Shown one piece after another: positions 1 to 8,293 of a DNA stretch of 32,000 nt; the stretch's first letter is position 1; every line of letters starts with the position of its first letter. The notes under the pieces are model-generated. The model worked only from the letters and a program-made list of their open reading frames with translations. It had not been told where the DNA came from and did no database searches. A program made the position numbers and the translations under genes. Source of the DNA: Pseudidiomarina andamanensis (GTDB taxonomy: Bacteria > Pseudomonadota > Gammaproteobacteria > Enterobacterales > Alteromonadaceae); the NCBI RefSeq assembly GCF_009734345.1, contig NZ_CP032551.1:570001-602000 (forward strand), written 5' to 3'.

Positions 1-1
1 C

Positions 2-712
2 GACATGCCCTATGTCATTGAAATGGTAAAAGGCGTAAAAGAGCTCGGGCTAGAAACCTGTATGACGCTTGGCATGTTGAGCCCGCAACAAGCTCAGGCG
101 CTGAAACAAGCTGGTCTCGATTATTACAACCATAACCTTGATACGTCACCAGAATTCTATGGCGAGATTATTTCCACTCGTACCTACGCAGATAGATTGT
201 CGACGCTACAGAATGTCCGTGATGCGGGCATGAAAGTGTGTGCTGGTGGTATTGTTGGTATGGGCGAAAGCCGTCGTGACCGTGCTGGCTTGTTGGCACA
301 ATTAGCTAATTTACCGCAACACCCGGAAAGTGTGCCAGTAAACATGTTAGTTAAAGTGCAGGGAACGCCATTTGCCGAGCTCGATGACCTCGATCCGTTT
401 GAATTTGTCCGCACCATTGCTGTGGCGAGAATTCTAATGCCACAAAGTTTTGTACGTTTGTCGGCTGGTCGTGAAACCATGAATGACCAATTGCAAGCGT
501 TGTGTTTTATGGCGGGCGCGAATTCGATTTTTTATGGCGAACGTCTACTTACCACTGCCAATCCAGAAACTAATCGCGATTTAGCCTTATTTGAGCGGCT
601 CGGGCTAAAGCCTTTGGCACACGAAGATTACAGTGATGATGTTCATGAAGCGGTGATTTCCGACGCTGTCGCTGAACAGCAGCAACCTGTGCGTTATTAC
701 GAAGTCAGCTGA
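2..712 (+). CDS. bioB: Biotin synthase BioB, C-terminal ~236 aa (5' end lies outside the window)
   Basis: The ORF is open from the window edge (frame of position 2) to TGA at 710-712. The translation aligns end to end with the E. coli BioB C-terminal half ([44 protein letters not shown]). It is followed by bioF-bioC-bioD. Confidence 0.96.
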   Translation, partial: DMPYVIEMVKGVKELGLETCMTLGMLSPQQAQALKQAGLDYYNHNLDTSPEFYGEIISTRTYADRLSTLQNVRDAGMKVCAGGIVGMGESRRDRAGLLAQLANLPQHPESVPVNMLVKVQGTPFAELDDLDPFEFVRTIAVARILMPQSFVRLSAGRETMNDQLQALCFMAGANSIFYGERLLTTANPETNRDLALFERLGLKPLAHEDYSDDVHEAVISDAVAEQQQPVRYYEVS

Positions 713-729
713 GTAGGTGCGTTGAGCTT

Positions 730-1860
730 ATGCACATTGCGAGTCAGCTCTCATCTCAACTTGACCAATTGCGTCAGCAGCATCGATACCGAACGCTGAC
801 GCAACGCCAATCGAGTCACGAGCAATTCGGGAACAATGATTACCTTGGGCTATCTTTACACCCAAAAGTTAAAGCTGCGTATGCCGAAGGCATTCAACAA
901 TTTGGCACTAGCAGCGGTGCTTCGCCGTTAGTGAGTGGCTATCAAGCACCGCATGCGTATTTGCGTGAACAATTGGCAATGTGGTTGGGACGCGAAGATG
1001 CCTTACTGTTTAGTAGCGGGTTCGCCGCAAACCAATGCGTTATGCAAGCATTGGCACCAATGTATCAACGTATCGTACTAGACAAACTAAGTCATGCTTC
1101 ACTGATTGATGGGGTACGGCATTTCGAGCATTGGAAGCGGTTTCGTCATAATGACGTGACTCACGCGGCGCAGTTGTTGTTGCCAAACGAAGCGAATTTA
1201 CTAGTCACCGAGAGCGTTTTTAGTATGGATGGAGATAGTGCACCATTAACCGATTTCGCGCAGCTCCAAGCTGATTTATGGGTTGATGATGCACACGGCA
1301 TTGGTGTTGTTGGTAACAATGGTCGTGGCGCGGCTGAACAGTTAAGCGTAACGCAAGCACCACTACTAACCATTACCTTTGGCAAGGGGTTAGGCGTGAT
1401 GGGAGCTGCCATTGTGGGCTCATCGCTACTGATCGATTATTTAACGAATCATGCGCGCGAATTTATTTATTCAACGGCAATGCCAGCCGCTCAAGCGCTG
1501 GCCGTAAGTGCTGCGGTTGATGTTGTGGCAAGCCCAGAAGGCGCGGCACTGCGCCAGCGCTTAAACGATACCATTCACTATTTTCGTGAATGCTGTCGAG
1601 AACATGGCTTAAAGATAGGCGATGATCATCACGCCATTCAAACACTAATTGTTGGTGACGATGCAAAAGCGATGGCATGGGGGCACGCGCTAATGACACA
1701 CGGTATCCACTGTGGCGTGATTCGTCCTCCAACAGTGCCGAATGGCAGCGCACGACTGCGCATAACTATTGCTGCAACGCATTCCAAAGCTCAGATTGAT
1801 AACCTCATTGCTGCTTTAATAGCAACTCGAGAATCAGTTGAACGGGCAGAGTTAACGTGA
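730..1860 (+). CDS. bioF: 8-amino-7-oxononanoate synthase
   Basis: 376-aa ORF with a class II aminotransferase-like fold and the PLP-lysine motif TFGKGLGVMGAA (compare E. coli BioF TFGKGFGVSGAA). It sits 17 nt after bioB and overlaps the bioC start. Confidence 0.93.
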   Translation: MHIASQLSSQLDQLRQQHRYRTLTQRQSSHEQFGNNDYLGLSLHPKVKAAYAEGIQQFGTSSGASPLVSGYQAPHAYLREQLAMWLGREDALLFSSGFAANQCVMQALAPMYQRIVLDKLSHASLIDGVRHFEHWKRFRHNDVTHAAQLLLPNEANLLVTESVFSMDGDSAPLTDFAQLQADLWVDDAHGIGVVGNNGRGAAEQLSVTQAPLLTITFGKGLGVMGAAIVGSSLLIDYLTNHAREFIYSTAMPAAQALAVSAAVDVVASPEGAALRQRLNDTIHYFRECCREHGLKIGDDHHAIQTLIVGDDAKAMAWGHALMTHGIHCGVIRPPTVPNGSARLRITIAATHSKAQIDNLIAALIATRESVERAELT

Positions 1861-2645
1861 TGATTTCTGTACATACGCTTGAAAAGCCGGAACACAAGCA
1901 AAAGATCGCAGCGCATTTTAGCCGAGCTGCGCAATCTTATCAGCACCATAATGGCCTGCAGCGTTGGTGTGCGAAACGATTGCTTAATTGGTTACCAGCA
2001 TCGACTGGTATGACAGTTGATATTGGCTGTGGTCCTGCGGTCAATACCGATGCACTGCTGGCGCGCACAAATCATTATATTGGCGTTGATATCGCGTCAG
2101 GGATGTTGAGCGCAGCACAATCTAAATACCCCGAAAACACATGGATCAGAGCTGATCTGGAGCAGTTGCCGTTTCAAGAGGCAGCGATTGATACGATTTA
2201 CGCAAACCTAGCCGTGCAGTGGGCTGATGATTTGGCGGCGACATTAAAGCAATGGCTGCAGCTGTTGCGCCCTTCGGGTTGTATTGTCGCTAGTACCGTG
2301 CTGTCGGGGTCATTATCACCACTCGCTAATTATTTTCAGCAATATACCGGTGCAAAGCGGCACAACCGATTCTATTCAACAACAACGTTACACCAAATTC
2401 TAAGCGCGCTTGATGGGGTATCCGTACAATTTGAGGTTGAGCAAGTCACGATGCCGTATCAAAGTGTACGTAGCATGCTTTATGACCTCAAAGGTATTGG
2501 CGCGAACTATCAACCACAACCTCAACAACCTTTGACTAGAAAAAATCTCAGCCAGGTTGAAGAGGCGATGGAGATACATCGCACTCATGACGGTATGCTC
2601 CCATTAACGTGGTCTATCGGCTTTATAAAATTAACTAAAGGTTAA
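1860..2645 (+). CDS. bioC: Malonyl-ACP O-methyltransferase BioC
   Basis: SAM-methyltransferase motif VDIGCGPA, positioned between bioF and bioD. The start is either ATG 1860 (TGATG overlap with the bioF stop at 1858-1860) or GTG 1857. The stop TAA 2643-2645 overlaps the bioD ATG by 1 nt. Confidence 0.88.
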   Translation: MISVHTLEKPEHKQKIAAHFSRAAQSYQHHNGLQRWCAKRLLNWLPASTGMTVDIGCGPAVNTDALLARTNHYIGVDIASGMLSAAQSKYPENTWIRADLEQLPFQEAAIDTIYANLAVQWADDLAATLKQWLQLLRPSGCIVASTVLSGSLSPLANYFQQYTGAKRHNRFYSTTTLHQILSALDGVSVQFEVEQVTMPYQSVRSMLYDLKGIGANYQPQPQQPLTRKNLSQVEEAMEIHRTHDGMLPLTWSIGFIKLTKG

Positions 2646-3382
2646 TGATGGTTGCCAATAACGAAATCAAAAAGCCCTTATATCTATTTGTAACAGGGAC
2701 AGATACCGACGCTGGGAAAACCACCTGCGCAAGTGCATTGCTTCATGCACTACATGGCCAAGGGCGCCGTGTATGGCCATTTAAACCAGTTGCTGCTGGC
2801 GCTGAGGCAGTTGACGGTCAATTACGCAATAGTGATGCATTAAAGCTGATGAACGCCTGCGCGATTGAGGTAAACCATGAGAATTATGCCAAGGTAAACC
2901 CTTATTGTTATGCGCCACCCATAGCCCCGCATATTGCTGCAGCTCAAGTAAAAAGTACGCCGACCGTGCGCAGCATCATTGCGAAGCTTGAGACGGCGCT
3001 TTTTGAGCGACAGAACGCTAAAAGCCATGACTTGGTGCTAATTGAAGGAGCGGGTGGTTGGCTCGTGCCGCTAAACGATGAAGAGTCTCTGGCTGACGTT
3101 GCGAAAGCGCTGCAAGCTGACGTATTGTTGGTTATTGGCATGAAATTGGGCTGTTTGAACCACGCGTTATTGACGGTAGAGGCAATACAGCGGCGCGGCC
3201 TTAAACTGGCAGGATGGATTGCAAATCAGCCGCTACCAGCGCAAATGTCACATTACCAAGAAAATTTAGAGACCCTAAAGCGGATGATCGATGCGCCTTG
3301 TTTAGGCGAAGTGCCGTTTCAGTCCAATGTTGATGAAACGGCACTTGCAGCACACATTAACGTGCGAGCGTTGCAATTATAA
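2645..3382 (+). CDS. bioD: Dethiobiotin synthetase BioD
   Basis: 245-aa ORF with P-loop GTDTDAGKTT, EGAGGW motif and the IANQ region typical of BioD. It is the last gene of the bioBFCD string. Confidence 0.93.
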   Translation: MMVANNEIKKPLYLFVTGTDTDAGKTTCASALLHALHGQGRRVWPFKPVAAGAEAVDGQLRNSDALKLMNACAIEVNHENYAKVNPYCYAPPIAPHIAAAQVKSTPTVRSIIAKLETALFERQNAKSHDLVLIEGAGGWLVPLNDEESLADVAKALQADVLLVIGMKLGCLNHALLTVEAIQRRGLKLAGWIANQPLPAQMSHYQENLETLKRMIDAPCLGEVPFQSNVDETALAAHINVRALQL

Positions 3383-4081
3383 CCATTGGGAACAGTCTTG
3401 CTCTGGCTGTAACGGTTGTTTGTCACCGCCTAAGAAAACATAACCTGGGGCTTCGCCATAATAGTGCATTTGAGCTCCATTTATACGCAGATAAGAACCC
3501 TCAGGAATAGCAATAATCGGTGTTTTCGGCGCAATCGCCATAAACTCACCGAGGCGTTGGTCACGAGTTTCGCCATGAAAACCTGGCGGTTGATAGTCGG
3601 TGTAGTGCGGATTTAACTGCACCGGAACAAGTTGTAAAGCATTAAACGATGGCGGCTCAATAATCGGCATATCGTTGGTGGTGCGAATACTTAAACCAGC
3701 AATATTTGAGCCGGCACTCCAACCAACATAAGGCACGCCGGCATTAACTGCTGCTTGAATTGGTGCAATCAGTTTGTGGTCGTAAAGTTTAGCGAGAAGC
3801 TGAAAGGTGTTTCCGCCACCCACCATAATAGCTTCAGCCTGATTGATTGCCGTAACCGGATCCAATTCCGATTCAATACCGTATACATCAATGCCTGCAG
3901 GAGCGAGAGCTGCGCGAACTCTATCGGTATAGGTGGCGTTGGAGAAGCCGACCCCTGCATAGGGAATGAATAAGATACGACGTTGACCGCAGTGTTCATT
4001 AATAGGCTTGATGCAAGGTGCAAGGTAATCGCTATCGCCAGCTTTCGAACTGCTAAGTAACAGAATTTGAGCGTCAGCCAT
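3377..4081 (-). CDS. pepE: Dipeptidase E (peptidase family S51, alpha-aspartyl dipeptidase)
   Basis: 234 aa, collinear with E. coli PepE (VGGGNTFQLL, GWSAGSN catalytic Ser, RTTNDMPI, LNPHYT, GETR). Its stop abuts the bioD stop (TTATAA at 3377-3382). Confidence 0.92.
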   Translation of the reverse strand: MADAQILLLSSSKAGDSDYLAPCIKPINEHCGQRRILFIPYAGVGFSNATYTDRVRAALAPAGIDVYGIESELDPVTAINQAEAIMVGGGNTFQLLAKLYDHKLIAPIQAAVNAGVPYVGWSAGSNIAGLSIRTTNDMPIIEPPSFNALQLVPVQLNPHYTDYQPPGFHGETRDQRLGEFMAIAPKTPIIAIPEGSYLRINGAQMHYYGEAPGYVFLGGDKQPLQPEQDCSQWL

Positions 4082-4162
4082 TCATTTTTCTCCTTCATTT
4101 GGCTCGCAAAACGTTCGGTTGCGCAAGCGTATCAAAATAGTTATCAAAAAACATTCTAAAAG

Positions 4163-4192
4163 CCTTGTATTTCAAGGCTAACGCCCTTATAA
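4163..4192 (+). promoter_or_regulatory. Candidate sigma32-type heat-shock promoter for htpX
   Basis: CCTTGTAT (4163-4170; compare CTTGAAA), a 12-13 nt spacer, then GCCCTTAT (4183-4190; compare CCCCATNT). It ends about 40 nt upstream of the htpX ATG. htpX is a sigma32 regulon member in E. coli. The match is partial (about 5/7 in each element). Confidence 0.35.
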
Positions 4193-4231
4193 ATCGGGGT
4201 ATCCGTTGAGGTCATTGTGAGGTTTTGAGAA

Positions 4232-5104
4232 ATGTTGCGGATTGCTCTGTTTTTAGCAACCAACTTGGCTATTTTATTGGTATTAGGCGTGGTGATGAAC
4301 CTCGTACTTCCGGCGATGGGAGTCGAACCGACTCAATACCAAGGATTATTTATATTTGCAGCGCTGTTTGGTTTTGGCGGTGCATTCATTTCGTTAGCCA
4401 TGTCGAAGTGGCTGGCGAAGCGGTCGGTTGGTGCTCAAGTTATTAATCAGCCGCGTAATGGCACTGAACAATGGTTGGTTAATACCATTGCAGCACAAGC
4501 TCAAAAAGCTGGGATTCCAATGCCGGAAGTGGCTATTTATGATTCGCCAGAGCCGAATGCGTTCGCAACCGGAGCGAGCAAGAAAAGCTCGCTTGTAGCG
4601 GTGAGTACAGGCCTATTGCGTTCGATGACGCAAGATGAGGTAGAAGCTGTTCTAGCTCATGAGGTGAGTCATATTGCCAATGGTGATATGGTGACACTGA
4701 CCCTCATTCAGGGCGTTGTGAACACGTTTGTTATCTTTTTCGCACGAGTAATTGCCGGTGTTATCGATAATGCCACACGTAGTAACTCGCAGAACGGGCA
4801 AGGGCTTGGTGGTTTGGCGTACTTCGGTATCGTCATGGTGCTCGAGTTAGTGTTCGGTATTTTGGCGAGCATCATTGTGATGTGGTTTTCACGCCAGCGT
4901 GAATTTCGCGCCGATGAAGGCTCTGCAAGCCTGGTAGGAAAACAAAAAATGATTGCTGCATTGCGTCGCTTGCAAGGCGCGCAAGAGTCAACACTTGATG
5001 GCTCAATGATGGCGTTTGGTATTCAAAGCAAACGCAGCTTCAGTGAGTTATTTATGAGTCATCCACCACTTGCAAAACGTATTCGTGCTTTAGAAAACTT
5101 ATAA
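4232..5104 (+). CDS. htpX: Membrane-bound zinc metalloprotease HtpX (M48 family)
   Basis: 290 aa, near-collinear with E. coli HtpX (MLRIALFL.., [13 protein letters not shown] zinc motif, [18 protein letters not shown]). GAGG at 4219-4222 lies 9 nt before the ATG. Confidence 0.96.
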   Translation: MLRIALFLATNLAILLVLGVVMNLVLPAMGVEPTQYQGLFIFAALFGFGGAFISLAMSKWLAKRSVGAQVINQPRNGTEQWLVNTIAAQAQKAGIPMPEVAIYDSPEPNAFATGASKKSSLVAVSTGLLRSMTQDEVEAVLAHEVSHIANGDMVTLTLIQGVVNTFVIFFARVIAGVIDNATRSNSQNGQGLGGLAYFGIVMVLELVFGILASIIVMWFSRQREFRADEGSASLVGKQKMIAALRRLQGAQESTLDGSMMAFGIQSKRSFSELFMSHPPLAKRIRALENL

Positions 5105-5120
5105 AAGATTAAGGAAAGTC

Positions 5121-6479
5121 ATGACTAATTGGAGTGCCCGTAGCTGGCGGGATAAAGCCATTCAGCAGCAACCGAACTATGCGTCGAAAACCGCATTGCA
5201 ACAAGTTGAGCAGCAGCTGAAAACCTTCCCGCCTTTGGTTTTTGCCGAAGAAATTCGTGCGTTGCGAAGCCAGTTGGGGCGCGTGAGCCAAGGTCATGGC
5301 TTTTTATTGCAAGGTGGCGATTGCGCCGAAACTTTTAGTGATTTTACTGCGCCAAAAATTCGCGACACCTTTAAAGTAATCTTGCAAATGGCGGTTGTAT
5401 TAACGTTTGCAGGCTCATGTCCGGTTACCAAAGTTGCGCGTATGGCGGGGCAATACGCGAAACCACGTTCCAGTGATTTAGAAACCGTTGATGGTGTGTC
5501 GTTACCAAGTTATCGCGGCGATATCATTAATGGCGCCGATTTCACGACCGAAGCTCGTGAACCTGATCCGCAACGTATGATAAATGCTTACCATCATTCT
5601 GCGGCAACGTTGAACTTGCTACGCGCGTTTGCGCAGGGTGGTTTAGCTGATCTGCACAAGGTGCACAAATGGAACATGAGTTTTGTTGAGGCGAACCCGC
5701 TTAAAGAGCAATACATGCGTGTTGCCGAACAAATTCAATCGGCATTGAAGTTCATGGAAGTTCTCGGCATTAACGCCCAGAGCAACGCGACTATACACGA
5801 AACACAGCTGTTTACCTCACACGAAGCGTTGTTACTGCCATACGAAGAGGCGTTAACGCGTACCGACACATTAACTGGCCTGCCTTATGATTGTTCGGCG
5901 CATATGGTTTGGATTGGCGAGCGCACACGCCAGCTTGATCATGCGCATGTGGAATTCATGCGCGGTATTCATAACCCATTAGGCGTGAAAATTGGGCCAA
6001 CAACACATCCTGACGATGTCATTCGATTATTGGATGTATTGAACCCCGGCAACGAAGCAGGGCGCATGACCCTAATAACCCGAATGGGCGCAAATACCCT
6101 AGCTGACGCATTGCCTGCCATTGTGCGCCGCGTCAAAGCGGAAGGTCGCCATGTGGTGTGGTCAAGTGACCCCATGCATGGCAACACGGTGAAAGCTGAA
6201 AATGGCCTTAAAACGCGCAATTTTGATGCGATTCACCAAGAGCTACGCCAGTTTTTTGCGGTGCATCAGGCTGAAGGGACTTATCCAGGCGGCGTTCATT
6301 TAGAAATGACCGGTGAGGATGTGACCGAATGTACTGGGGGCGCTTATCAAATTAGTGAACGAGACCTCACGCAACGCTACCGCACGCAATGTGACCCTCG
6401 CTTGAATGCTGATCAAGTGTTAGAATTGGCGTTTCTTGTTGCTGAGTCGCTGAAAGATGCACGGCAAGGTCGCGGTTAA
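5121..6479 (+). CDS. 3-deoxy-7-phosphoheptulonate (DAHP) synthase, class II (plant/actinobacterial type)
   Basis: 452 aa with class II signatures seen in M. tuberculosis AroG-type enzymes: [77 protein letters not shown]. Only 16 nt lie after the htpX stop. Confidence 0.93.
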   Translation: MTNWSARSWRDKAIQQQPNYASKTALQQVEQQLKTFPPLVFAEEIRALRSQLGRVSQGHGFLLQGGDCAETFSDFTAPKIRDTFKVILQMAVVLTFAGSCPVTKVARMAGQYAKPRSSDLETVDGVSLPSYRGDIINGADFTTEAREPDPQRMINAYHHSAATLNLLRAFAQGGLADLHKVHKWNMSFVEANPLKEQYMRVAEQIQSALKFMEVLGINAQSNATIHETQLFTSHEALLLPYEEALTRTDTLTGLPYDCSAHMVWIGERTRQLDHAHVEFMRGIHNPLGVKIGPTTHPDDVIRLLDVLNPGNEAGRMTLITRMGANTLADALPAIVRRVKAEGRHVVWSSDPMHGNTVKAENGLKTRNFDAIHQELRQFFAVHQAEGTYPGGVHLEMTGEDVTECTGGAYQISERDLTQRYRTQCDPRLNADQVLELAFLVAESLKDARQGRG

Positions 6480-6507
6480 CTCTGACATTTTCGAGGTTTA
6501 GTTGTAT

Positions 6508-7338
6508 ATGTCACACTCTGTTGAGCAGTTTTTTGACAATTTATGGAATGACTACATTAAGTTAACGCCTTCGGCAGCCAAGGTACATCAAGTACTCGGC
6601 CAAGGTCGCTCAATTATTAATGATCATGTCGCTTTTCGTACCTTTAACTTAGCCCCAGTGCGCTTAGAGACATTGGCGAAGCATTTTGAAGGCATGGGTT
6701 ACAAAGCGTGCGGTGACTATGCTTTTGAAGCGAAAAAACTCGTCGCGAAACACTTCGAACATAGCGATCCAACATTACCGAAGATTTTTATATCTGAGTT
6801 GCTCGTTGAAGAGTTCTCGCCTGAGCTGCAACGTATTGTAAAATCGTTGGTTGCGCAAATTGATGCTGACGACGTGGCGAAGCCAGAGTTCTTGTATTCA
6901 GGCGCGCATTGGCAAATTAGCAGCACCGACTATGAACAGTTGCTAGAAGAGAGCGAATACGCAGCTTGGATGGCTGCTTTTGGCTTCCGTGCAAACCACT
7001 TCACTGTCAACGTGAATGAGCTACCAGACTACGAATCGCTTGAACAAGTGAACGAAACCTTAAAACAAGCCGGTTTCCGTTTAAATACCTCAGGTGGTGA
7101 AATTAAAGGCTCGCGTGACGTTTTCCTTGAGCAATCATCAACCATGGCAGATCACACTGCTGTGCGTTTTAGTGATATGGAAAAGGTTGTGCCGAGCTGT
7201 TTCTATGAGTTTGCGAAACGCTACGAAGTTGCTCCAAACCAATTGTACACTGGGTTTGTCGCAGCTTCAGCGGACAAAATCTTTGAGAGCACCAATGCTC
7301 GCACTGATACCAGCACGGAACAAGACGGCAACGCTTAA
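6508..7338 (+). CDS. Short-form DUF1338 (YdcJ/HglS family, VOC-fold metal-dependent dioxygenase-like) protein
   Basis: The ORF track opens at TTG 6502. ATG 6508 with GAGGT at 6493-6497 is the more likely start (276 aa). The N-terminal FFDNLW..Y and the DHVAFRTF motif are what I recognise as the DUF1338 signature. Substrate is unknown. Confidence 0.7.
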   Translation: MSHSVEQFFDNLWNDYIKLTPSAAKVHQVLGQGRSIINDHVAFRTFNLAPVRLETLAKHFEGMGYKACGDYAFEAKKLVAKHFEHSDPTLPKIFISELLVEEFSPELQRIVKSLVAQIDADDVAKPEFLYSGAHWQISSTDYEQLLEESEYAAWMAAFGFRANHFTVNVNELPDYESLEQVNETLKQAGFRLNTSGGEIKGSRDVFLEQSSTMADHTAVRFSDMEKVVPSCFYEFAKRYEVAPNQLYTGFVAASADKIFESTNARTDTSTEQDGNA

Positions 7339-7350
7339 AAGCGGTGCCGT
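7325..7350. terminator. Hairpin centred on the shared TTAA stop codons of DUF1338 (+) and ppsR (-); candidate bidirectional terminator
   Basis: ACGGCAACGC (7325-7334) pairs with GCGGTGCCGT (7341-7350) at 9 of 10 positions. The loop is TTAAAA (7335-7340). TAA 7336-7338 ends the plus gene and TTA 7335-7337 is the minus-strand TAA. There is no U-tract on either side. Confidence 0.4.
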
Positions 7351-8162
7351 TCGAGATTGGTTTCTGCAAGAATTTTAGCGGCAATCTCTTCCACCGAAAA
7401 TCGGGTTGAGTCGAGAAATGGAATTGCTTCACGGCGATACATCTTCTCGACCTCCTGCAATTCATAGCGACATTGCTGCATGGATGCATAACGGCTACCT
7501 TCACGTCGTTTACTGCGAATTTCATGCAAGCGTTGCGGATCTAACGTTAATCCGTAAATCTTATGTCGATACGGCTTTAGCACTTTCGGCAACTGCAAAT
7601 TCTCCATATTATCGTCTTCCGTCAATGGATAGTTCGCGGCTTTAATTCCGTAATGTAGGGCCAGATATAGGCTAGTAGGGGTTTTCCCTGTACGCGAAAC
7701 TCCAAGCAAAATAATATCCGCTTCGTCATAGTCAGAAATATTGCTGCCATCATCATTCGCTAACGTATAGTTCACCGCGTCAATACGAAAATCATAGTTT
7801 TCACGTGTGTCATTATTTTCTTGAATACCGTGCGTTCGGTGAGTTTTCGGCTGAGCCGCCATGTTCAATTCTTTGCTTAGCGGAGCCACAAAATAATCAA
7901 GAAAGTCATAGCAACTGCCTTTTGATGAGGTAATCACGCGCTTAATATCAATGCTAACGAAGGTATGAAAGATAATCGGGCGTTCGCCAGACTCCTGATA
8001 AGCCTGATTTATCTTGTTTACTGCTATCTCTGCTTTCTCAATAGTATCGATAAATGCCAAGGTTTTATGAATGACTTTTAATGGGAACATCGACAGCATG
8101 GCTTTCCCGAATGCTTCAGCAGTAAGGGCTGTACCATCAGAAATGTAAAAAATTGTGCGCAT
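7335..8162 (-). CDS. ppsR: PEP synthase regulatory protein (bifunctional kinase/pyrophosphorylase, DUF299)
   Basis: 275 aa. It has the [17 protein letters not shown]-terminus typical of PpsR/YdiA and the P-loop [15 protein letters not shown]. It is divergent from ppsA, as in E. coli. Confidence 0.94.
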   Translation of the reverse strand: MRTIFYISDGTALTAEAFGKAMLSMFPLKVIHKTLAFIDTIEKAEIAVNKINQAYQESGERPIIFHTFVSIDIKRVITSSKGSCYDFLDYFVAPLSKELNMAAQPKTHRTHGIQENNDTRENYDFRIDAVNYTLANDDGSNISDYDEADIILLGVSRTGKTPTSLYLALHYGIKAANYPLTEDDNMENLQLPKVLKPYRHKIYGLTLDPQRLHEIRSKRREGSRYASMQQCRYELQEVEKMYRREAIPFLDSTRFSVEEIAAKILAETNLERHRF

Positions 8163-8293
8163 CTTGGCAGTAATCCTTGCAGATAAAAGTGGATAAGATG
8201 TTAACTTGTGACGCCCCAGTGTGTAAAATACATTGCCATTCGGGCAGTCAATTAAGTGACTGTGTCACGCTAAAACTCCACGAGGAACTCAAC

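Noticed and set aside
1-3382. Absence of bioH/bioA from the biotin cluster as a possible pathway anomaly.
   Set aside because: In E. coli, bioH is also unlinked and bioA lies divergently upstream of bioB, which here would be outside the window. This is not informative.
4225-4446. 73-aa ORF overlapping the 5' end of htpX in another frame.
   Set aside because: The htpX frame is conserved residue by residue with E. coli HtpX. The alternative frame has no RBS and no recognisable features.
8222-8268. Small inverted repeats in the ppsR/ppsA spacer: TGTAAAATACA (8222-8232) and GTGAC-TGT-GTCAC (8256-8268), considered as HexR/Cra/CRP-type sites.
   Set aside because: The arms are only 4-5 bp. As far as I recall the consensuses, there is no match to Cra (TGAAAC..), CRP (TGTGA-N6-TCACA) or the 15-17-bp HexR palindrome in any register. 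Such short repeats are expected by chance.
8177-8293. In-frame N-terminal extension of ppsA offered by the ORF track (start 8177, 832 aa).
   Set aside because: The extension ([20 protein letters not shown]...) has no counterpart in PpsA proteins. It covers the divergent promoter region. GTG 8294 has a GAGGA Shine-Dalgarno and gives the canonical length and N-terminus.
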